Below are positions 11,197-20,100 of a DNA stretch of 64,000 bases, piece after piece; position 1 is the stretch's first letter, and each line of letters opens with the position of its first letter. A program made the translations under genes and the position numbers. Under the pieces are notes generated by a model, which saw nothing but the letters and a program-made list of their open reading frames with translations, was not told where the DNA came from and ran no database searches. Origin of the DNA: Macrostomum lignano (taxonomy: Eukaryota); NCBI GenBank assembly GCA_002269645.1, contig NIVC01000570.1:124001-188000 (forward strand). Direction: 5' to 3'.

Positions 11197-14100
11197 ATGG
11201 ACACAGATGCAGTGCCGAACTCCTCCAGTCAGCAGAGCCCGACTTTGCGGCGACGCATCGCACTTCGCTCTCAGCTGGTGGCTCTGCTGTCCCGCTCTAC
11301 AGTGCACGGCATATCGCATTCAGCCAGCTCGTCCAACCGCTACGAGCAGGTTTTCTGGCTGATCCTGGTAGTGCTCGGAGTCACTTCCTTTGTCGGCAAT
11401 CTGATCTCCGTTGTGCAGCGCTACAACCAGTTCCCTGTGCTCACGGCCTACTACTCAAATGAGGAAAACTTCACTTGGCCAGACATCACGTTCTGCGATA
11501 ACTCGCCAATCTCGCTAGATAATGATACCGCGTTTGAGCAGTTCCGCAACTTCACCAACTGGTTGAGCTCTGATACTCGAGTGCAAAATCTGAGCAGCCT
11601 GATGGACAAATTTCACAACAATTCGCTTTTAAATGAAGCCCTTAACGTCCTGGTGCGGTCCATCACCCTGTCTACCATCGACAGTCACGTTTTCCAGGCC
11701 GATGAGGTGCGGAGAGTGATCTCCAACTTGGCGTTCTGCCAACAGAAAGAATTGATTCAGACTGAGATAAACATGGACTCCATGTGCGAAATATTTGAGG
11801 ACTATGCTCCGTACTTTCACAGCAACAGCATCTCGCTGCGTTACCGTTGCGCCTGTTACACTCTCAAGCTGAACGACTTTATCTTCAAGAAGAATGTCAA
11901 CGCCATTGAGTCGCTTCAGTTCTTCCTCAGGGGCAACCATTTAACCTACGTGCGCTTTAACTCTTCCAATTATCAATTCGGCGGCCGGGTTTACATTCAC
12001 CTGCCAAATACTCTGCCAGAGGAAGGTGAAATGATTGAAACGCCGCCCGGAGTGACAACCACAATCCTGCTCGACCAGAAGAGACGCCGGCTCATACCGC
12101 AGAAGAGCGACTGCCGAGAGACAGAGAAAACGGCATATATATACGACTACGACTTGCGCCTCGCCAGGCCGTACAACCTCAGCTACTTTCACTGCCATCA
12201 GCTGCTGTCGCAGCGGTTATTCTACGAGAATTGCCGCTGCTTCAATCCGCACCTGATTGTGCCTAAGTTGGACGACAGGCCGCCTGTGCTCTGCTTCAAC
12301 CTGAGCGTCTACGGACTCGAGCAGTTGGCGGAAAACTTGGAATGCTTGGACAAGACTGCGGTGCGCTATAGAGACGAGTGAGCTCTGGTTTTTTGAGTTT
12401 TCAACAAGCGTAACAACTGAATGGTTTCTGAATTATAATAGTTTTTTTCATCGAGTAAGATTTTTTGGGTTGGTGAAAATTTGAGTTGGTAAAGTTTCGG
12501 GTTGGTGATATGAGTGAGGTGTGGTTTCGGGTTGGTAAAGTTTCGATTTGGTGAAGTTTTGAGTCGGCAAAAGTTTAGATTGATGAAGTTGAATGACAGG
12601 AAAATCCACTGCATCCAAAGCTACTTGCATAGAGAGTGCAGAGTGCAGAGGGAGCTTTGCTTATTGAGCAACGAACGACACATTCGTAGTAGACTTATGG
12701 TATACAATGCAATGACCAAGTTCTGAAGAGGTATCCGCCTTAATGAGTGTTGGACAAAATCTAGATTAGAATCGAAGCCCTAGTCAGCCCAGTAACCCCA
12801 CAGATTTTGGCGACACTAACAATAAAGAGAGGGAACAGAAAGTTCTGGAGGACGATAATCAGGACAAGGACTGGGGCCAGAGTCAACTCTGTCTGCTCCG
12901 AATGCCCCTCTCTAACGGCAGAGGAAGAATTATAATTATGCCAAACAGCAGTGAAACAAGCTGGAATGCGCCGCGGAATAGACAGGACTCGCTCAGAGGC
13001 GTGTTCTCAATACTCAACCACTGCACAGTCGACCTGGATTGACTATTCACTGCCGGAGTTGCAGACTGAATGTTTAATTGGGAGTTCTGCTTTTTTCTCT
13101 CTTTGAAAATAAAAGTTGAGCACGCAGGCCTCAAGGACCCCAACATTACGTTTTGCGCATGAGCAAACTGCGATTTTTAATCGAATATGGGCGGGCATTG
13201 CGTGAGCCGCTGCTCTGCTGAGAAAGAGAAGAGCACTCCTTCCGATCAAAATCCTAATCATGCAGAAATGGCACCGCACATCCGAGCAAACATTTCCCAC
13301 TCTCCCGTCCAGTTTGGCTTCCAAGGCAACTCGATATGCCCGAGCGCAATTATCTTTGACAGGACCCGGCCTCGGAAAGTATTCCGAGGATAATTTAGAA
13401 GGCTACTGGGACTGGAGGAAGAGAAGGAGAGAGCTGGGATCCTTAGCCCCTCACCCTCAGGCGAGTAGTAGTAGTAGTGCCCTCGCTGCGGGTTTTGAGT
13501 GACAGGCGGCTATGCTAGGACACGCCTCCGCTAGGACAGGGTGACACTTTGATATGCTGGGATCAGGGGCGAACAAGGCGAAGAGCAGAGTGGAAGAGCA
13601 TTAGCGGGGAGGAGCCGCCTGGATCAGAGAAAATGAACAGTTTTGAGCATCAGAGCTCAGATCTAACTCGGCCAATTCAATGTCCAATAATTCTAGTAGG
13701 CCTTCGGACTGCGTTGGATTGTCGCGATCGAATTAGTCGGATGAAATGACGGGATAATCTGTTGATGCAAATTTAGTGACATACGAGCGTGAAGCACTTG
13801 ATTTGGATATAATGAAATTGTGATGCGCTGGTTAAAGTAATACATGTGGTATTTTTTCATGTGGTCTGCCTTAGTATCTTAGTGTCTTAGTGTCCTAGTG
13901 TCCAGATGTCTTAGTGTCCTAGTGCCCTAGTGCCCTAGTGTCTTAGTGATAGGAAAGTGGCCCCCTCCACTAAGTTAAACATAGAAAAACACATTGCACT
14001 AATAACTGTCTTTTGTGAGGGCATTATATCCTTGCGTCGCTGCATACTTACCTATGCAAATAAAAGCACCATTTGCTTTTTGGTCGAGTGTATTATCAGC

Positions 14101-17100
14101 TTACTAGCAGGAAAAGTTTGCTGTGAAGATAGCTTGAAACGGAGACTCAGGCGATATCGAAATAATCTCCGGCTTGTTGCACAAAGCAAAAGTGTGAAAG
14201 AGGCTCGGCGCAATCTCTCACACCCGCATATCCTTCGTTGTCTTCCTCTGATTCTCACCTGTATAAAAAGACATGTACAAGGAAATGATGCTGGTGCCCC
14301 GGTTGCAGTATGAGGCACTTGTGAATCAGAGGGGCATGGAGACATGGAGTCTGTGAACCCGAGCTAGAGGCGGAAAACAGTTGCGCAGGATTAGGGACGA
14401 GCGTTGTGTGCAGCAGCTGCAAGCAAGTTCGACCCAAGAACAGTCTCCAGTAATTCACAAAGAACCGCAGTGGAAGGTGTTATATCTGACGGTGAATCAG
14501 AAATGGCATCATCGCCTGCAGGCATTGATTAGCTTCATAACCGTAAAGTGCAAGTCGATTAGCATAGATGATACATATGAAGTTTCTGTCAATGGTAAAC
14601 CGTTGTACAACTCAAAGATCGTGGACCTGCTGCATTTCATAGTTAAAGATACGTACTCTAAGTACCTTCAGCCACCGAATGGGATTAATGAGTTTGTTAC
14701 GTGTCTTCAAGAAAATCAGGTACCTCTGTCTGCTGCTGATTTGAATATGAAAAAATTGCTGGAAAAGCCTCGGGAAGAAAAGTATAGTCCTAAAAAACAT
14801 CGACTGCATATAATAAGATTCAGTCTCAGAAAGGATACGGCAAGTGGATCAAGTGGCCAAGATGATTGTCATTGATTTTGAAGGATTTCCGCACCTCTAC
14901 AAAACAGAGGACTTTTGTGATTAAGGAAATTGCGTGGGTTGAGTTTGCATGTGGTCAAACGACGGCTCATTACTATTGCTACCAGCCGCCGCACAGTTTT
15001 GAGCTCTTTGATCGAGGACAGCGACGAACCTGCTACTGGCTCACCAATAAGCGGCACGGTCTAGACTGGGACAGGAGTGGGTTCCGACCCTACTCTTGTC
15101 TCTTGAGCGATATCTCTCACTTGCAAGGCTCGATATTCAGCAAAGGGGATGTCAAGTGCCAGTTCCTGTCGCGTCTGCTGCTACAGCCTGTCTACGACCT
15201 AGCACACCTGGCCTTTCCGAGTGCCTCAAAGTACGTGCTACCCTGCGCCCTGGCCAAGGTGGCGCTGTACGCTGATTGGCTGCGGCCTCGCGGCTACGGG
15301 TCTATAAAAGTAGCGATCTGCAGCAGGCACTGGCGTTTCTCTCGATTGTCTAAAGATGGTCGCAACAATTCGCGTGACAAACATCGTGACAGGAGCCGAT
15401 CTGGCGACCTGGGTGGGTCTGCCACAACTAGCGAATTTCCTGACTCTTCATCTGCCTCAGTATCACACAATCCATCTCTGTTTCATCCTCGAACACTGGC
15501 AGTGGTGATGAAGAGCGGGCAGCATCGAGTAACCGCGCTGGTGTATCCGACCGGACAAGTGTCTGTCTGTGGAGCCAAAAGCATGGAGGAGGCTCTTGCA
15601 GAGACGGAGAAGATTGTGAAGCTGTGTGCGGACTTCTTGCGATTGACCAGTCTGCCCTAGATTCGCATCAAAACTATTACCTCTGTGACGGCCTTTCCCG
15701 CGGGTCGGCATCCACTCCGGTTGGGGGAAGTCAAGTCACTCACCCAGACACTCAGCTGCCCGATCCCTCATCTGGCCTGCTCGACCGGCCTGCCCGACCC
15801 CACCCTTGGCCTGCTCGACCCCTACCTCCGGCCTGCCCCGCCCCGCCTCCGGGACCTCCTCATCGCTGATTGACTCCCCCTCGCTGATTGACCAGCCATT
15901 AATTGGTATGGGATGCACGAGGTGCTGGACAGGAACGGGCCTTGGTATGGGATGGGGTGCAGGACAGGAGGGGGCCGGTTTGGGGTCGGGGTGGATGCGT
16001 GGCGGTTGTGGGTTTGGTGTCGGGGTGGGCGTCTTTGGGGGCCCGGTTTGGGGTCGGGGGTGGGTGCGTGGCGGTGGTGGGTTAGGGGTCGGGGTGGGCG
16101 TCTTTGGGGGCCCGGTTTGGGGTCGGGGGTGGGTGCGTGGCGGTGGTGGGTTAGGGGTCGGGGTGGGCGTCTTTGGGGGCCCGGTTTGGGGTCGGGGGTG
16201 GGTGCGTGGCGGTTGTGGGTTTGGTGTCGGGGTGGGCGTCTTTGGGGGCCCGGTTTGGGGTCGGGGTGGATGCGTGGCGGTTGTGGGTTTGGTGTCGGGG
16301 TGGGCGTCTTTGGGGGCCCGGTTTGGGGTCGGGGTGGGTGCGTGGCGGTGGTGGGTTAGGGGTCGGGGTGGGCGTCTTTGGGGGGGGGGCGTCTCCCCTC
16401 ATTGGCCAGGTGCCCCTGCCAATCCCGTGCGATGGCGGTGGAGGGGACCACTTTCCTACTACTTGTCTTAGTGTCCTAGTGCCCTAGTGCCCTAGTGTCT
16501 TAGTGTCTTAGTGTCCTAGTGTCCTAGTGCCCTTGTGCCCTAGTGCCCTTGTGCCCTAGTGCCTTAGCGCCTACCCAGCCACTCGAGATCATTGCCAGCT
16601 GCCCAAACAGCAATTCGCTGCCTTCTTTCAGGTCGCAGTTCCGCGGGCTGCTGCGCAAAGAGTGCGCCGATCTGCGCAGAAAGCGCTGCGACTCGCTGTC
16701 CTGGGAGCCGGAGAAGCAGCGCGAGCTCTACAGAGAGATGTGGGCGGAGACCGCCAACCCGGCCCGGCTGGCCTTCATCAGGGCCGCTCTGAGTGACATT
16801 GAGTAAGCTGGTTTCCACTGAACCTTGAGCTTTACGGTATTCTTTGTAATGTAGACAGGAAGTATCAAGTATTACGAGCGTACTCTACAGGGGTTACGGA
16901 GACGTTGAACCGGTTTATGAATGCTTTATAACAAGAACAGCAATACCACCACTAACAAAAATAACGACAGCAACAACACTAATAATAAAAATCGTAACAA
17001 CAACGGAAACAGCATTAACAGCAACAATAATAATAGTAATAATAGCCAAAAAAGCAGCAACGGCTACAAAAGCAACAACAAGAACAACCAAAACAACACC

Positions 17101-20100
17101 CCTGTGATTTTCTCCTAGCCTCTTGGGCAACCGGTAGGCCCAATCCTTTGTCTTTGTAGTGGGGGGGGGAGAGGCGACGTCTCTTTTGGGGCGGCGAAGA
17201 GCGCCGTGAATCGGACACCGTCCCTGATTCAGATGCGGTGTGTGGCTCAGTCTAGCCCTCGGTATTCGGCTCTCTCTGTTGATGACGGGGGATTGACGCT
17301 GGGTTCAGATAGTCTGAGCCAAAGCTGCAGTCAACAACAGCAACAACGACCACAACGCAAAAAAATAATAATGACACATACAACAACAACAACAACAACA
17401 GTTCACGCAGACCAGTGTGCTGCCGAAGCCCGTCCCAACGCGCGCACGACCACCAGTGGTCTTTATCTTCTATGTCACCGCAGTCCTCGCAAACGCCTTC
17501 TGCTTCCAGACCAATCTTCTGCCTCCAGTACTTAGTGAGTCTGCAGTGACCAGACCTGAGCTGGGCTAAGATGGAAGCAACTTTCCTGCCACATTCCGCG
17601 CGTTCAATCACACCACCGTACACCGAGCGCAGACGGGGGTCATTTATGCAGGGCCTCCACCGGTGCTTCAGGTGTCTGCGTAACGCCTCAAACTCAACGG
17701 CCGTCTGCCCTTGGGGCAAGAGCGCTGCCTGCTTTGCCGAGGATCTGCGCGAGGAGAACATGGTGATAAGGTTCTTGAGGGTGGCCCACCCGCAGTGGAT
17801 CACCTGAGAGCTCCGGTCCGAGGCACACACACACACAACAACAACAACAACAACAACCTTGCTGATAGGGCTCACGCAGCGCCAGCAGGGAAACTATTTA
17901 CTGCTTCAGTAAGCTTGATAGACGCGTTTTCCCAATGTTACTATGGCTTGAACAATAATGCGTTCTAGTTTCTCTTGGCAAAATTTTAGTATCCATACCA
18001 TATAATACTGTGAAGTATCGGCGGCCCCTCCAATGTAAAATAAAGCGGATGCAACAGGGGCGACCAGGAGAGACTGTGTCGGTGCCCCGACGGTGATGGA
18101 AGATCCTATAATTATGGCTAATGAAATTTCTTCTCCCGGGTTGTGCGGAATCCCAGCTCCAGGGGATTCATCCCGGATTCAATTATAGCCCCGACCCCTG
18201 CCAGCACTTTCTATTTGTGAAAGAAGAAAAATAGACGGTGCGTTAAAGCAGAGCGCAGATGGAGCGGAAGGAAGTGAAGGAGTGAAAAATGAGAGTGAAG
18301 CTCTTGGGGGAATCTTAGCGGGATATTTTGCTGCTTTCTGTCACTGGGTAGTGAGAAATCACACGTACTGCGGTCCGGGAGGGATTTTGTAGGGAGACAT
18401 GTTTTAATGTATGAGCTCTGATCGATGGCTACTCTGGTGAGTCAGTCAGGAGTTCATATATCTCTGCGCTGGGATGGGAATGAGAATGAGGATGAGGATG
18501 AGGGTGAGGATAAGGATAAGGATGGGGATGGGGATGAAGATGGGGATGAGAATCAGAATGAGAATCAGAATGAGAATAGGGACGAGGATGAGGCTGAGGA
18601 TGGGAAAGAGAGTGAGTATTACGTCGAGGATTAGGATAGGGATGCAATGAGACGGAGGTAATTGATTGGAGGGAGAATCAGCGCTTTAATAGTAACTAAT
18701 ATGGAATCCTAGTGGTTGCAGAAGCCCCAAGTTGACAGACGCGGACACTATATGGTATTCCCTGGCACTTCGAATTTATTAACTGCATTTCCTAGAAACG
18801 CCGGCCTCAGAGCCGAAGCCTCATAGAAATTTTCGCAACGTATCCCATTTCCAGGCATCCCTAGAGTGGGGATAATCCTCCCCTCACTCCCGATAGAGCG
18901 GGTGAGGGCGGGGGTTGAAGCAAAAATTCCTTATGCGAAGTAAGTGACGGGTGTTAAGGCCTTGTCAAAGCAAGCAGTTCGCCGAGGTGTCAGTCAAGCG
19001 GAAAAAACACAGAGAAAGAACTGAGTGTTAGCACAGAGAGCCCGGCATATACTTGAATTCTTCGCCGTATTTAGTCCCTTTCCCGGTTTTAGTCGGACTT
19101 GTTGTTATTCTGATTTGATTAAGCCCTCAATCAGGCAAATGGGCGAGTGTGGCATCTGCATCGGCAACTCTATACTTGCGATGTGGATTGAATGTGAACT
19201 GGACTGGATCAGCTGAACAAGCAGCCTGAGTGCATGCGAGTCCATAGACAAAATTTGGCATTAGCGCATTTGTCTGTAGACACTTGCATGTTTGTTGGAC
19301 AATGTACTCTTAATTATTTAACCCTGTAAGGTTATATCTTCATCTAATAAAACAAATACATGTAATTGAAGGGCAGACAGCCAGCACAGACAAACGAATA
19401 TAAAAAGCGCCATAGCTTAGCGTTGAAGTTCGAAAAAAGGTAACAACCCGAATTTATGCTTGCTACTTGTAGGCTACAAAAATATAAAAACTATCCCCAG
19501 TAACCTCTAGTTAAAAATTCCTTAACTGCTACACACATCGAGACTTTATTTGCAACCCTGAAGTTCAGAAGAAGAGACTAGAAATCTGAAATTTGCAGTG
19601 TTGGGCAAAGTTCCGGCGCTTCCGGCACATTTAGTACCGGAAGTTACTTTTGTTAAAGCGGCACGTTTTTCCGGTTCTTTTTTTAGAATGCCGGACTTGG
19701 GAAACGGAAGTTACTTTTTGATAAGTCCGGTTCTCCGGTACTTGAAAATGAAATTTTAGGTGCCAAACAGCCAATTTAGCACTAAATATTTCCCAAAAGC
19801 GCAAAAATTTCACCAAAATACTCAAAGTACAATTATAAAAAGGTAAAAAGAGGTGATCCTAGATAATATGGTTTTTACTTTTTAAGTTAAAGCACGTTTT
19901 AAGCATCATAGAATCATAGAATGAAGTAATTATTATGGGTAGGCTGCCTGGGTTGAAACGCGATTGAAACGCTCTACATTTGTCCGCCGTCACTGTCTAT
20001 GGTTGAAGCATATTTCAATTATATTCAATTCATCACTTATAGCCACTGTATATTTCACTGCCAACAAACACAAGACCAAACACAACAGGAATGAAACACG

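Larger units (their letters stand above)
13945..16463 (+). mobile_element. Non-autonomous mini-Polinton/Maverick-like element (2519 bp)
   Basis: 26-bp TIRs: AGTGATAGGAAAGTGGCCCCCTCCAC (13945-13970) and reverse complement AGTAGTAGGAAAGTGGTCCCCTCCAC (16438-16463), 23/26 identical, 5'-AG...CT-3'. 6-bp TSD TGTCTT (13939-13944 and 16464-16469). Polinton-type ORFs inside. No polB, integrase, ATPase or capsid gene. Confidence 0.8.

Noticed and set aside
12625-12705. Alternative ENaC middle exon (ECRVQRELC...)
   Set aside because: Its exit phase does not fit exon 3; 16632-16802 has better splice sites and matching phase.
13945-16463. Contaminating or misassembled viral contig
   Set aside because: TIRs, a 6-bp TSD and the interrupted host minisatellite on both sides indicate a true integration.
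15806-16487. Gly/Trp/Val-rich ORFs
   Set aside because: Products of the 69-bp G-rich array.
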